This document shows, piece by piece, positions 44,227-54,038 of a DNA stretch of 64,000 bases. The position numbers and the translations under genes are program-made. Numbering within the stretch: the first letter of the stretch is position 1; every line of letters begins with the position of its first letter. This DNA comes from Escherichia phage ALITA, in sequence record PP359570, one strand, 5' to 3'. A model generated the notes under the pieces. That model saw only the letters and a program-made list of their open reading frames with translations, made no database searches and had not been told where the DNA came from.

Positions 44227-44471
44227 CTGTAGCAGATAAAATGAGAGAACTGGCAGAAAACGCAGAACTTAACAAAGCAAAAGAGAGTTTACAAAACGTC
44301 TACGCGTATATTGAAAGAGCAGCTAAAGATGGAGACAGAGAAGCTGCTATATATACGCTTTATCCAACTTTCGTAAAAGTTAGTTTGGATGCTGAAGGTT
44401 TTTCAACTTTTATTGATACAGAAACATCTCATTACGATGAAAACTTTACTCGAATAGTTATTCGATGGTAA
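44223..44471 (+). CDS. hypothetical protein
   Basis: 82-aa ORF. Confidence 0.45.
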   Translation: MTVADKMRELAENAELNKAKESLQNVYAYIERAAKDGDREAAIYTLYPTFVKVSLDAEGFSTFIDTETSHYDENFTRIVIRW

Positions 44472-44576
44472 ATTTCTGATATTTATGCGCCCTGGCTACC
44501 TGGGCGTAATAAATTCAGCTTATATTTGATCCGCGCCTTCGGCGCTTAGGCAAAGCCACGCCACACAGGAGAGTTT

Positions 44577-44987
44577 ATGTTCAAATGGTTAAAAGAGTTT
44601 CTAACATCTTTGGCAGAACCTAAGCAAGATGTTATTAAAAGCTCTATCACAGGAAAACCGCTTGTTATAGTTACAGGCGGTTTTGGTCATGGGTTTTCTC
44701 TTAAACAAACAGATATAGGTTTACAGGGATCTTTGATTAGTTTTAGAATCACCCAACTAGGAGATAATAGACAAACAATCTTAGACCTTTTCAATGGGGA
44801 ATTTGATGACTATTTATCCAAGAGTGGTAAAGAACGTCTGATCGAGCATATAAAACACCGCTATGAGCATGGTGGTTACTACTTAGATACAAAACGTAAT
44901 GCACAAGGTGATCTTGACATAGTTCGTATAGCGTGGGATAATGAATTTAAAACTAAACTTGGTAAACTTCTGGAGGAGTTATGGTAA
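44577..44987 (+). CDS. hypothetical protein
   Basis: 136-aa ORF. Confidence 0.5.
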   Translation: MFKWLKEFLTSLAEPKQDVIKSSITGKPLVIVTGGFGHGFSLKQTDIGLQGSLISFRITQLGDNRQTILDLFNGEFDDYLSKSGKERLIEHIKHRYEHGGYYLDTKRNAQGDLDIVRIAWDNEFKTKLGKLLEELW

Positions 44988-45163
44988 ATATTAAAACAGG
45001 TGATATTGTACGTCTTGCCAGTGAAGAAATGTTAATGACTGTAATGGTATCTACTTATGATACTTGCGAAGTGGTATGGTTTGATGTTAATGAACAACTA
45101 CAGAAAGCTACATTTGATAAACGTATGCTTCGTAAAGTTGAAGAAGTGAAGGAGGAAGAATAA
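44981..45163 (+). CDS. hypothetical protein
   Basis: 60-aa ORF. Confidence 0.4.
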   Translation: MVNIKTGDIVRLASEEMLMTVMVSTYDTCEVVWFDVNEQLQKATFDKRMLRKVEEVKEEE

Positions 45164-45164
45164 T

Positions 45165-45377
45165 ATGACAATGTTGCTTCGTATGTTTGTGTTTCTTATG
45201 TTCTGGATTATCGTTGGTAACGGTATTGTATTTTTGATTTTTCCTGAAGTAATGACAGGTAATGAAAATAAGGCAGTGCCTTACATTATGCTTATCGGTT
45301 ACGGTATTGGTACACTTGGATTACTGTTTGCTGACTGGTTAGTCAATACCTTGTTCTCTAAGTACAGGAACAACTAA
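45165..45377 (+). CDS. small membrane protein
   Basis: 70 aa, two TM helices. Confidence 0.45.
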   Translation: MTMLLRMFVFLMFWIIVGNGIVFLIFPEVMTGNENKAVPYIMLIGYGIGTLGLLFADWLVNTLFSKYRNN

Positions 45378-45378
45378 T

Positions 45379-45651
45379 ATGTCAGAAAAATTACCTAATG
45401 TTTTCTTTTGTTTTGTAGATTGTGTTACACAAGAAATTATAGTTGACGAAGAAGGTATGTTTACTTATTTTGCATCTGAAGAAGAGGCAAAACTATCAGC
45501 TATGAAATGTATAAGCCAACTATCAGTACCTGCTGTCAACAGGTTCGGTATTGCACAGGTGTATAAAACAGTAACAGAGTTTACACCAGATCGAAAACTA
45601 ACTTTTCTTAACGTTCACTTTGTTTGTAAGTTTAGTGAACTACGACATTAA
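45379..45651 (+). CDS. hypothetical protein
   Basis: 90-aa ORF. Confidence 0.45.
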   Translation: MSEKLPNVFFCFVDCVTQEIIVDEEGMFTYFASEEEAKLSAMKCISQLSVPAVNRFGIAQVYKTVTEFTPDRKLTFLNVHFVCKFSELRH

Positions 45652-45664
45652 ATCAGGAGTAAAA

Positions 45665-46264
45665 ATGAAAGAATATTGGAGTGGTGAGAAGGGCTTACTG
45701 AAGCCAGGAATGCTTTTGCGAGTGAAGAACATGTTGATCACACAAGATTACATAATGCCTAACCCTGGAGCATTAGTAGAATTCCTTACTGCGCGAGATC
45801 AACCTGGGGTTGGTGAAATGTGGATTGTAACGTGGATATCTCTCGATGGTAAATTGCGCGTTGCTCCTATTGACCCAAAACACCTAGAATCTCCTTACGC
45901 CAGTATTGATCCTCGGATCATAGATTTGGCTAGAGTTTATAAAGCTCGGACTGGTGTAGAATTAAATGTGGAAATTTTAAATCAATGTATTGACTTCTTA
46001 CCGGAAAAAGTGCATAATGCACAACAAGAAGGCAACGGTTTAGAAGTTGTTCTTCTTAATGATGGGATGTTCTCTGGTTTGGCATCCGTAGATTTTCCAA
46101 TAACATTAAGATTGTTACCTGGAGAATATGTACTGGATGAAGATACTATTGCTATATCCTCTAAGATTTTAGAACTCATTCCAGGTGCAAGGTGTGTTGG
46201 TGATACATCTTCCTTGCTGTTTACCCTGAATGAAGAAGCCATTATAGTTAAAAAGGAGAAGTAA
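45665..46264 (+). CDS. hypothetical protein
   Basis: Start at MKEYWS with AGGAG RBS. Confidence 0.5.
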   Translation: MKEYWSGEKGLLKPGMLLRVKNMLITQDYIMPNPGALVEFLTARDQPGVGEMWIVTWISLDGKLRVAPIDPKHLESPYASIDPRIIDLARVYKARTGVELNVEILNQCIDFLPEKVHNAQQEGNGLEVVLLNDGMFSGLASVDFPITLRLLPGEYVLDEDTIAISSKILELIPGARCVGDTSSLLFTLNEEAIIVKKEK

Positions 46265-46369
46265 ATGATGACGTTTATTGTTGGTGTTGTTGTTGGTTAT
46301 TTTGGTCACAAGTACCAAGATGTTATCATCGCTAAAGTTGACGAAGTAATCGAAAAATTTAAACACTAA
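46265..46369 (+). CDS. hypothetical membrane micro-protein (34 aa)
   Basis: Single hydrophobic helix; speculative. Confidence 0.25.
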   Translation: MMTFIVGVVVGYFGHKYQDVIIAKVDEVIEKFKH

Positions 46370-46420
46370 TTTTTTAAAAGGCTGTACTGCTGTGCAGCCT
46401 ATCTTTCAAAGGAGAGTAAA

Positions 46421-46594
46421 ATGTTCAAAGATACCAATTATAAATGTGTACATTGTGGTAAATCTTTTGGTGATCACAAAGCTAAAACATTCAATTGTCC
46501 ACGAAAAGGGCGGGGTAGCTTTAAAGGTTTTAATCCATCCCACGTTTATTCTCCCAACTACGAGAAACCAGAAGAAGAAAAATTTGTAATCTGA
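46421..46594 (+). CDS. hypothetical Zn-ribbon-like small protein (57 aa)
   Basis: AAAGGAG RBS; CVHCGKSF...FNCPRKG. Confidence 0.4.
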   Translation: MFKDTNYKCVHCGKSFGDHKAKTFNCPRKGRGSFKGFNPSHVYSPNYEKPEEEKFVI

Positions 46595-46603
46595 GGAGGC
46601 AAT

Positions 46604-46891
46604 ATGGAACTAGTGCAAGAAGTTTATGAAAAACTGAAAGAAGAGAATCTTGATTGGCCTGAACATGCTCTTATTGTCGTCAAAGATACTAATGGTGAAA
46701 TAAAATTCTCAAGTGTAAGTGAAGATGATGTTGTTTTAAGTCCTACAGGATATTATATGAGAGGTGTTACGTGTCTATTCAACACCAAAGTGTATCCTGA
46801 AATTAAACTTAGTTACGGTGAACCTGATCATCCAGAAATCGTTACACGTAATGAATATGAAAATTATTATTTTGCTCGTGAAAGCAAATAA
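46604..46891 (+). CDS. hypothetical protein
   Basis: 95-aa ORF with GAGGAGG RBS. Confidence 0.5.
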   Translation: MELVQEVYEKLKEENLDWPEHALIVVKDTNGEIKFSSVSEDDVVLSPTGYYMRGVTCLFNTKVYPEIKLSYGEPDHPEIVTRNEYENYYFARESK

Positions 46892-46899
46892 GGAAAACT

Positions 46900-47223
46900 A
46901 TGCAAAAAATAAACACTGGTTCTCGTCCTAAACAGAAGCAAACAAAAGCAAGGGTATCTTATGTTGACAACTCTTGTTATAATTTCAAAAATGTTAAAGA
47001 AGTTATCATTGATGAAAAAGAAGGTTTGATTCACATTTCATCTGAACGTTTGAAAGGTAGTGTTACTCTTCGTGAGAATGTATCTATACCTATGAAAGTT
47101 GTGGCTACACTCTGTGTTGATAAACCAGATGTTGTTAACTACTATGTGTTCCGTGATAGTTGTATTTCATTACATAACAAGATTTTTAAATCTTCGCACG
47201 TTAAAACAAAACACATTGTATAA
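46900..47223 (+). CDS. hypothetical protein
   Basis: 107-aa ORF with AAGGAAA RBS. Confidence 0.5.
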   Translation: MQKINTGSRPKQKQTKARVSYVDNSCYNFKNVKEVIIDEKEGLIHISSERLKGSVTLRENVSIPMKVVATLCVDKPDVVNYYVFRDSCISLHNKIFKSSHVKTKHIV

Positions 47224-47226
47224 CAC

Positions 47227-47254
47227 ATAAACCCGCTTCGGCGGGTTTTCTTGT
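47227..47254 (+). terminator. rho-independent terminator (AAACCCGC-TTCG-GCGGGTTT plus T-run)
   Basis: Identical hairpin to the one at 22268. Confidence 0.7.
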
Positions 47255-47297
47255 ATGTGTGTTTTTATTTGTCTTAGCATAAACAATAGGAGGTATT

Positions 47298-47519
47298 ATG
47301 TCTGTAGTTGTAGAAGGTAGTATTGGTTTCTTAGTAGATAACCCTCACCCTTTCGTGGTTAAGGTTCATATTCAAGAAAAGGTAAGCAACAATACGTGGT
47401 TGTGCTTGTTAGATAGTAAGATACACTCTTATACAGAGGTTTATCTTCACACTTGGCAAATTGGTACGATAACAGCAGAGGATGAATTGATAATTGAACT
47501 ATATGAACGAGATCTATAG
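47298..47519 (+). CDS. hypothetical protein
   Basis: 73-aa ORF with AGGAGG RBS. Confidence 0.45.
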   Translation: MSVVVEGSIGFLVDNPHPFVVKVHIQEKVSNNTWLCLLDSKIHSYTEVYLHTWQIGTITAEDELIIELYERDL

Positions 47520-47595
47520 ATGACTTTATTAGAGAGTATCGTAGTGTTAATCATCTTTATCATTGTTGTCATAGGATATTTTACAGAAGACTAAA

Positions 47596-47636
47596 ATAAA
47601 GCCCCTAGAATCGCTTCTAGGGGGCTTTTGTTTGCA
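47596..47636. terminator. bidirectional terminator-like hairpin at the convergent junction
   Basis: AAAGCCCCTAGAA-TCGC-TTCTAGGGGGCTTTT, T-run on one side and A-run on the other. Confidence 0.55.
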
Positions 47637-47695
47637 TTAGATAGGGAAACGTATTACTAAAATAAAAAGTGCGTTAGAATGCGTTACAGGAGGTT

Positions 47696-47953
47696 TTAAG
47701 AATGCATAAAATCTTCTTCAGGGCAGGTTGAGAGATAAGAGATGCACGTTGGGACAACAACAACATTATCTTTAAGGTTTGCAACCAAGCCTTTTGTAAT
47801 TCCAGCCACTGCCCCGTTAATATCTGCTTGACGGATACCGAAACCTTGTTGTGCGGATAGATAACAAAATCCCTCACCTTTCTGTTGATTATTATTGAAG
47901 TAATAAACGTAGTGCATCATAAAATGGTCTTTAACGATTTGTTCTGTGGTCAT
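47696..47953 (-). CDS. hypothetical protein
   Basis: 85-aa ORF. Confidence 0.4.
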   Translation of the reverse strand: MTTEQIVKDHFMMHYVYYFNNNQQKGEGFCYLSAQQGFGIRQADINGAVAGITKGLVANLKDNVVVVPTCISYLSTCPEEDFMHS

Positions 47954-47965
47954 AATATTCTCCTA

Positions 47966-47990
47966 TAAGAAAAGGGGCTTTCGCCCCCTT
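47966..47990 (-). terminator. rho-independent terminator (GGGGC-GAAA-GCCCC family)
   Basis: AAAAGGGGCTTTCGCCCCC downstream of the Sir2-like gene on minus strand. Confidence 0.5.
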
Positions 47991-47997
47991 GGTCAAG

Positions 47998-48810
47998 TTA
48001 CTTAGTCAAATGATCTTCTATCATTTTTATGAAAGCAGGATTGCTAAAAGCCTCTGCTGCCTTTTCTCTATAAACAAAGACTCCTCTATCTTCGTAAAGA
48101 AGAGTTTCTTCGTAATTAATTCCTGGGTTAACAACAATCATTTTTGTACCCATATTAAGTGCAGGGAATAATTCCCAATTAAAATTGATAACTTGGTTTG
48201 AACATCCTACTACAACAACCAAATCTTGCATGGTCAAAGTATCAAACAAGTGAGCCATATCTGCATACAAAGGTGCAGCCTCACCAAAAAATACAACATT
48301 AGGCTTCACCCAGTTATAATCATCTATGTTTATACTATTGTAACCAATGTCTACCAGTGTTTTGTAATCTCCAGGATGCATACGGTAAACTACTTCAGGA
48401 AGATACCCGTGCACGTGAATAACAGAATCCCTGTCCACACCTGCTCGCTCTAATAGATCATCAACGTTTGTTGTCAAGTTTACTACTTGGTTAGGATATT
48501 CCTTAAACCACTTTGCTATTTGAATATGTGCAGCATTAGGTTGTACATCTTTAAGCTCAACACGTCTTTTGTTATAAAATTCGTGTGTTTTGGCATACAA
48601 ATCCATACCGTTCTCGTCTACACCACCGACCACTGGAAGATCTGGAGATGTTCTCACACGATAACCTGCTTGGAAAGCTCCAATATCGCAGACCTCTTCT
48701 AAATCATATTCTTCCCACAAGGCACGACCACTATCTGTGTCTGTTCGGAACGTTCGAATCCCACTGTCTGCACTTAAACCTGCGCCACTAACAAAAATTA
48801 CTCTTCGCAT
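47998..48810 (-). CDS. Sir2 (sirtuin)-family protein, NAD-dependent deacylase or ADP-ribosyltransferase-like
   Basis: FVSGAGLSADSGIRTFR (compare GAGIS.eSGIptFR), NVDDLLERAG...HVHG, KPNVVFFGE; no four-Cys Zn module. Confidence 0.7.
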   Translation of the reverse strand: MRRVIFVSGAGLSADSGIRTFRTDTDSGRALWEEYDLEEVCDIGAFQAGYRVRTSPDLPVVGGVDENGMDLYAKTHEFYNKRRVELKDVQPNAAHIQIAKWFKEYPNQVVNLTTNVDDLLERAGVDRDSVIHVHGYLPEVVYRMHPGDYKTLVDIGYNSINIDDYNWVKPNVVFFGEAAPLYADMAHLFDTLTMQDLVVVVGCSNQVINFNWELFPALNMGTKMIVVNPGINYEETLLYEDRGVFVYREKAAEAFSNPAFIKMIEDHLTK

Positions 48811-49367
48811 TCAATATCCTCTTCGTAATCATCATCCCAAGAAGATGCGTCGTAACGCTCTTCCTCTTCGAAATCCCAATTAATTTCTACTCCAAAATCT
48901 AAAAACAATTTAACAATGTTTTCTGTAGAGTAGTATTTATCATAAGCGTTAGCTAGTTCCCAATACTTGTCACTCAATTTTTTATATTTAGGATCATTAT
49001 AATCATAATCTACTTTATAACCATAATCATACATCTCTTGTTCAGCTTTAAGCATAGCTTCTGGTGTAAGAAGATTAGGGAACGGACGATTTCTTTCTTT
49101 TAACTTAGAAACAATCCAGTTTGCAACATTTGCCACTTCACCATCTTGATTATCACCTAAACAACTTGCATAATCTCCATCTTCGTAAGTGCCTAAATCC
49201 CCACAGACCACATGTACAATAGATGAATACGATCCACACGTTTCACAATCTGAAAAAGTGTCTACTGTTGTAATATCAATAGATAAAACTGGTAAAGCCA
49301 TAGCTTCTTTCACACAAGCCTCCTCATATAATAACATATCATCAAAACCCATATATCCTCCACACAA
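48798..49367 (-). CDS. hypothetical acidic protein
   Basis: 189-aa ORF, very acidic C-terminus. Confidence 0.45.
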   Translation of the reverse strand: MCGGYMGFDDMLLYEEACVKEAMALPVLSIDITTVDTFSDCETCGSYSSIVHVVCGDLGTYEDGDYASCLGDNQDGEVANVANWIVSKLKERNRPFPNLLTPEAMLKAEQEMYDYGYKVDYDYNDPKYKKLSDKYWELANAYDKYYSTENIVKLFLDFGVEINWDFEEEERYDASSWDDDYEEDIECEE

Positions 49368-49406
49368 ATAAAGCCCCTGATTGGGGCTTTGGTTAAGTTT
49401 TACGGA

Positions 49407-50015
49407 TTATACCAGACTTTTAAGGTACTTGTCAAGGGCTTCTTGATCACCTTGACAAACATAGCAACGGAAGTCTTGAGCAGAAGGTTCTTTGTCCTCG
49501 TCCCAATCCCAATAAACAGTACCTTTATAACGTGAGCCTGGGAACTCGAAATATGCTGTATGAGTAATATGATGTGGGCCACCCCAAAACTGTATAAAAG
49601 TAAATTGAGGATACGCTGCTTTAACTGTATTTTCAAACCAAGTTTTACGATCTAATGCTTCGTTTATAAAATAAGCATGGCGTTCCATTTCATCCCAGTT
49701 TTTCCAAACGCATTTTTCATCCAGAGAAAAAACAAAATCCTCGCTGTTGAATTCATCTGTATCTTCCAAAATATCATAATCATGTGCACTAGGTATCCAC
49801 CATCCAGCTTCTAATAGTGCTTTCACGGGTACAAAACCTTTTTCAGCATATTGATCAAATTCTTTTACTCTACGTACAGTGCAGTATTCATCTTCACCAC
49901 CAATGTCCAGCAGACAAGCACCTTTGCGTCTTGCTGCAAGACCATGTGTATCAAAAACTACAACACTACCTTCACCATCTTCACGATCTACTTGATATGC
50001 AACTTTTTGAGTCAT
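49407..50015 (-). CDS. hypothetical protein
   Basis: 202-aa Trp/Asp-rich ORF. Confidence 0.5.
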   Translation of the reverse strand: MTQKVAYQVDREDGEGSVVVFDTHGLAARRKGACLLDIGGEDEYCTVRRVKEFDQYAEKGFVPVKALLEAGWWIPSAHDYDILEDTDEFNSEDFVFSLDEKCVWKNWDEMERHAYFINEALDRKTWFENTVKAAYPQFTFIQFWGGPHHITHTAYFEFPGSRYKGTVYWDWDEDKEPSAQDFRCYVCQGDQEALDKYLKSLV

Positions 50016-50138
50016 ATTACCCCCAATGTATATGGGAAATTAACCAAAAGATAAATTCCCAAAAACACCAACCAAGAAAAGTTAATGGAATTATAAAAGC
50101 TATCAGAGCAGTCTTCCAGCCTTTCCACAATGTTTCCA

Positions 50139-51128
50139 CTATTCCTCCATACATTTAAGAATATGTGCAATGACAGGTATAGTCCAACCGTTACCTAACA
50201 TCTTATATGCTTGTGTGTTACTACTCACTTTAAAGTAGTCATCTGGCACACCTTGCAAACGGCAACACTCTTTAACGGTTAACTTTCTATAATGTACGCC
50301 TTCACTCAATTTTTCAAAAGCATCTAAATATCTTCCAGGTGGAATGTAAGCTAATAGTACGTCTTTCGGCACAGTCGTGAGGCAACGAGTTTTTTCACTG
50401 TCCTGAACTTCCAAACAATGTACCAAACGATCAGTTTTAGATGTACTACGTTTGCCATTTTCATTAATTCTACGCCCATATATTGCTGCTGGATAAAAAA
50501 CCAGTTGTCTGCGACTCTTTTCAAAATACTGTTCTATATTACCACCTTTGGCATAATTTGCATCTATGCAATAAGCCTTATCTCTGTCTACAATACTATC
50601 ATCTTCAATGATATCTTGCAACACTTCATTGGTAATATCCCAGGGTTTTATTTCCCAGTTGCACCAGTATAAACGTTGTCTATTCTGTGCCGTGAAATCT
50701 GCGGAGTTAATGAATACGGGATCAACACCTAAGTAACTTGTGATCACGTTTTCCCACTCCACTTTCATCTTAACGTTTTCAAGCATGAACTTAACATTAG
50801 GGTTAAACTTTTTAATATGTTCAAGAATCTCAACATATTCGAAGAATAGCTTAGATCGCGGATCTTGAAAGTTCAAACCCTTACCAGAAGAAGAGAAGCC
50901 TTGACACGGACTACCACCTAACAAAAGATCAATTTCTCCCCACGGGATATCCCATTCTCTCCATTTTGTAACATCACCTAACTGAATAATATCTGGAAAA
51001 TTTGCTTGGCTTTCAGCTATGGCGAATTTGTCTAATTCTGAAGCATAATATGTATCTACGTCAATACCTGCACTTTTTAGCGCAAGCATTCCTCCTGACA
51101 TGCCATCAAAAAGACTTAAAACTTTCAT
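50139..51128 (-). CDS. DNA (cytosine-5)-methyltransferase
   Basis: Motif I LSLFDGMSGG, motif IV GGSPCQGFS, motif VI ENV. Confidence 0.85.
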   Translation of the reverse strand: MKVLSLFDGMSGGMLALKSAGIDVDTYYASELDKFAIAESQANFPDIIQLGDVTKWREWDIPWGEIDLLLGGSPCQGFSSSGKGLNFQDPRSKLFFEYVEILEHIKKFNPNVKFMLENVKMKVEWENVITSYLGVDPVFINSADFTAQNRQRLYWCNWEIKPWDITNEVLQDIIEDDSIVDRDKAYCIDANYAKGGNIEQYFEKSRRQLVFYPAAIYGRRINENGKRSTSKTDRLVHCLEVQDSEKTRCLTTVPKDVLLAYIPPGRYLDAFEKLSEGVHYRKLTVKECCRLQGVPDDYFKVSSNTQAYKMLGNGWTIPVIAHILKCMEE

Positions 51129-51130
51129 TA

Positions 51131-51541
51131 TTACTTCTTCTCCTTAACACTAGCTGGTAATTCTGCCTTGAGGCAGAAGTTTAAACGGTAAGCCTCATTC
51201 TCATTTAAAAGTACAGATTCACACGATAACCAGAACAAGAGATCCTCAATACCAGGGCTGTTAAGCCAACAGTGCAGAAGAGAATGTTGTTCTATATCAA
51301 TGTAATTTAGTAACAAGGCTTGTAAGGCGTAACTAGTTCCTGTCGTTTTTGCTTTTTCAAGGATGATATTGTGTTTACTAACAACTTTCTTCCTAAGACC
51401 AAACCATTTATTAACAACAACAGTCTCTTCTTGTAGTTGTTTTCTTATTTTCTCACATTCTTTAACTACAATCTGCATCTTATCCACTGCTGATTGAAGT
51501 TGTTCTTTTGTTGGGTTTACAAAATAATCACTATAATACAT
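51131..51541 (-). CDS. hypothetical protein
   Basis: 136-aa ORF. Confidence 0.5.
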   Translation of the reverse strand: MYYSDYFVNPTKEQLQSAVDKMQIVVKECEKIRKQLQEETVVVNKWFGLRKKVVSKHNIILEKAKTTGTSYALQALLLNYIDIEQHSLLHCWLNSPGIEDLLFWLSCESVLLNENEAYRLNFCLKAELPASVKEKK

Positions 51542-51594
51542 GCTAAACTCCTCTTCTGTTTTTCTGTAGTTTATTCGAAAAAACTGGTGTTGTC

Positions 51595-51622
51595 AACAAA
51601 AAACCCGCCGAAGCGGGTTTAT
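51595..51622 (-). terminator. rho-independent terminator (AAACCCGC-TTCG-GCGGGTTT plus T7 on minus strand)
   Basis: Same hairpin family as 22268 and 47227, inverted. Confidence 0.65.
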
Positions 51623-51623
51623 A

Positions 51624-51881
51624 TTATTCTACAGGAACTTCTTCACCAAGAGAAACTTCTAAACGGAATGCTTTACTTTCAATACATTCACTACCTTTTA
51701 AGAAATCGAATTGCACTATAGACTGACTTAATAGAATAGATAGAATCACATCGCAATCTTCACTAGGGGCTAGATGTTTGTATTCTTCCTTCAAGGTAAC
51801 ATCATAAAAACATAAGTCCCCTACTCCTAGTTCATCCCATCCTTCCCACGCATCTACAAAGTTAAACTCTAAACCTTTCAT
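51624..51881 (-). CDS. hypothetical protein
   Basis: 85-aa ORF. Confidence 0.45.
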   Translation of the reverse strand: MKGLEFNFVDAWEGWDELGVGDLCFYDVTLKEEYKHLAPSEDCDVILSILLSQSIVQFDFLKGSECIESKAFRLEVSLGEEVPVE

Positions 51882-52402
51882 ACAATCTCCTCGTAATTGT
51901 TATTGTGTTTTACTGTCTCAACATACAATAAAGATTCCATCTGTAATACATTACCAGAAATAATAAACCCATAAGCCATTTCAGATGTGTCTATATCATA
52001 TGCCCCGTCTTCCGGTTTAGCAAAGTGTAAAACTATTTCATCTGGGTTTTCTTCATCCCATAGTTTAGAAATTTTCCGAACCAGAATGTTAGCTAAAATA
52101 GTTGACATTCGGGATAAAGCTGTATCCTCATATCTTTTAAAACCTAGCCAATAGAGGTTAAGAATTTCTACTTCTTCTTGTGTTAAGTTTTTGTCTAAAG
52201 TAATCAGATCTGTAGAGCACGGCGTTTTTGTTGAACCTACTGTTACAAAACCTGGAGTGTTATGAAAAACAATCTTAACTTTATCACGTATAAAGTTTAA
52301 ACCTTGTGCCTCAACTATATATTGTATTGTAGGTACAATATCGTTTGTTACATCAATAAAACTATCTTTAATGACGCTTATATTATTTCTGGACAATACC
52401 AT
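51878..52402 (-). CDS. hypothetical protein
   Basis: 174-aa ORF. Confidence 0.5.
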   Translation of the reverse strand: MVLSRNNISVIKDSFIDVTNDIVPTIQYIVEAQGLNFIRDKVKIVFHNTPGFVTVGSTKTPCSTDLITLDKNLTQEEVEILNLYWLGFKRYEDTALSRMSTILANILVRKISKLWDEENPDEIVLHFAKPEDGAYDIDTSEMAYGFIISGNVLQMESLLYVETVKHNNNYEEIV

Positions 52403-52961
52403 TCTCCTCTAAGATAGGCTTAATAAATTCGAAAATTTGTTTTTTACTTTTACCTCGAATATTAAAACAAGGAACATTAAACTTTTTAGCCAACATCCAA
52501 GCTGTTCTTGTACCACCTAAAGGATCTCCATTTTTATCTGTATTTGCACAAGCCAAAAGAAAACAAGATGGTTTTGGATTCTCAAGATCTCTTCCAAGAA
52601 CTTGGTGGATATTTCTTTGATGTAATTTTTTAGCACCTTGAGATAATCTGTCCCAAGCTGGATGCAATTCTTTTGCATATTGCAAGGTTAAAGCATAGTT
52701 TACACTATCTGGTCTGTCAAGAACAATAACCTCTCCCTCTATTTCATTACCTTTAAACGAGAGCCAAGGGATGTATATTTCTTTCTTTGTATTGTTCCCA
52801 CTATCATATACCCCGCATTCAAATGCGGAATCTGCACCTTCTGCTTTACCAGATCGCAAAATGAACCATGTAGATAGCCATTTTGCAACAGATACCATAG
52901 TATCCCATTCTTCGTCTGTAATATCTCTGCTACCAACACCTGTGTAGAATAAATCGCTCAT
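52383..52961 (-). CDS. Rossmann-like SLOG/DprA-type domain protein (tentative)
   Basis: Start at MSDLFY (GGAGAAAACC RBS); YTGVGSRD...SGKAEGADSA resembles the DprA/SLOG nucleotide-binding core. Confidence 0.35.
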   Translation of the reverse strand: MSDLFYTGVGSRDITDEEWDTMVSVAKWLSTWFILRSGKAEGADSAFECGVYDSGNNTKKEIYIPWLSFKGNEIEGEVIVLDRPDSVNYALTLQYAKELHPAWDRLSQGAKKLHQRNIHQVLGRDLENPKPSCFLLACANTDKNGDPLGGTRTAWMLAKKFNVPCFNIRGKSKKQIFEFIKPILEENGIVQK

Positions 52962-52971
52962 GGTTTTCTCC

Positions 52972-53292
52972 TTAACAAGTAATATTGGGAGTAACAATTG
53001 GATTAACAATTGGAGTGATAGGGTACGTAAACCAAGGGCTTCCAATTTCCCAAGGATTATAAGGTCTACGAGGATCAAATGGAGGAGTTACTTCAGGCTT
53101 TTTCCAAATCTCCGCTAGTTGTTTCTTCCATTTATCCCTTGCTGTCTCATTATCTTCATCCAACTGTTCATCATTATCTTTTATTTCTGGTTTTGGAAAT
53201 AAAAGCTCTTTGACTAACTCAACATCTTCCGTCTCAATAGTAGTTTCTTTCGTAAGTTCTCCTACTGTTTCTTTAATTGTGATTTTATACAT
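52972..53292 (-). CDS. hypothetical protein
   Basis: 106-aa ORF, Pro-rich C-terminus. Confidence 0.45.
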   Translation of the reverse strand: MYKITIKETVGELTKETTIETEDVELVKELLFPKPEIKDNDEQLDEDNETARDKWKKQLAEIWKKPEVTPPFDPRRPYNPWEIGSPWFTYPITPIVNPIVTPNITC

Positions 53293-54038
53293 TAGTCCTC
53301 CTCTAAAGTAGAATAAAATTGTAACGTATTTGAATCATCAAAATATGCAAAGGTTAAATTACCATTGAAGCAAGATCCTGTGTCCATATATACCCTATTA
53401 CTGCTAATCATAGGTTTAGGAACATAAGAATGCCCGTGAAATACATAATCTACTCCTGAAACCCTAGGAAGAAGAATCCCTTCAAGTGCGCAATCTATCA
53501 TATCACGATCCCACATTAAAGATTCTGTGAATCGAGAAACTTGCTCTTTATTCATATTCAAACAAAATGGCAAAACTTCTGTCACTGGTAAATGTTCCAA
53601 AACTGAAGGATACCCACCGTGAATAAAGCCTAGTTTCATATTACGATAATTGACAACAAGTACAACAGGTAAATCTTCTAGCATCAAAGCAAGAGCAGTT
53701 GCACCCTCTTCTCCACACTCGTCTAGAACTGTATGGCCTCCGTTCTGAAACCAACATTCGTAATATCGTCTATCACCTTCTAGCAACCCTTTAATCATCA
53801 TATCTTCATGGTTCCCACGAATACCATAACGATTTAGCTTTCTGGTGAATTCAACAACACAACGAAAATTCTGCTTGCCGCGATCTGTAAGATCTCCTAA
53901 AGATACAACAACATCTTGATCTCGGATACCTAAAGTATTAACACCTTTCTGGTACAAATCAAAGCAACCATGTAAATCACCAATAATAAACAGGTCTTGA
54001 TCATCTTTTACACTAATTTCTTGATATACTAGCATCAA
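53292..54038 (-). CDS. Ser/Thr protein phosphatase (calcineurin-like metallophosphoesterase)
   Basis: GDLHGC, GDLTDRG, GNHE motifs in canonical order. Confidence 0.8.
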   Translation of the reverse strand: MMLVYQEISVKDDQDLFIIGDLHGCFDLYQKGVNTLGIRDQDVVVSLGDLTDRGKQNFRCVVEFTRKLNRYGIRGNHEDMMIKGLLEGDRRYYECWFQNGGHTVLDECGEEGATALALMLEDLPVVLVVNYRNMKLGFIHGGYPSVLEHLPVTEVLPFCLNMNKEQVSRFTESLMWDRDMIDCALEGILLPRVSGVDYVFHGHSYVPKPMISSNRVYMDTGSCFNGNLTFAYFDDSNTLQFYSTLEED

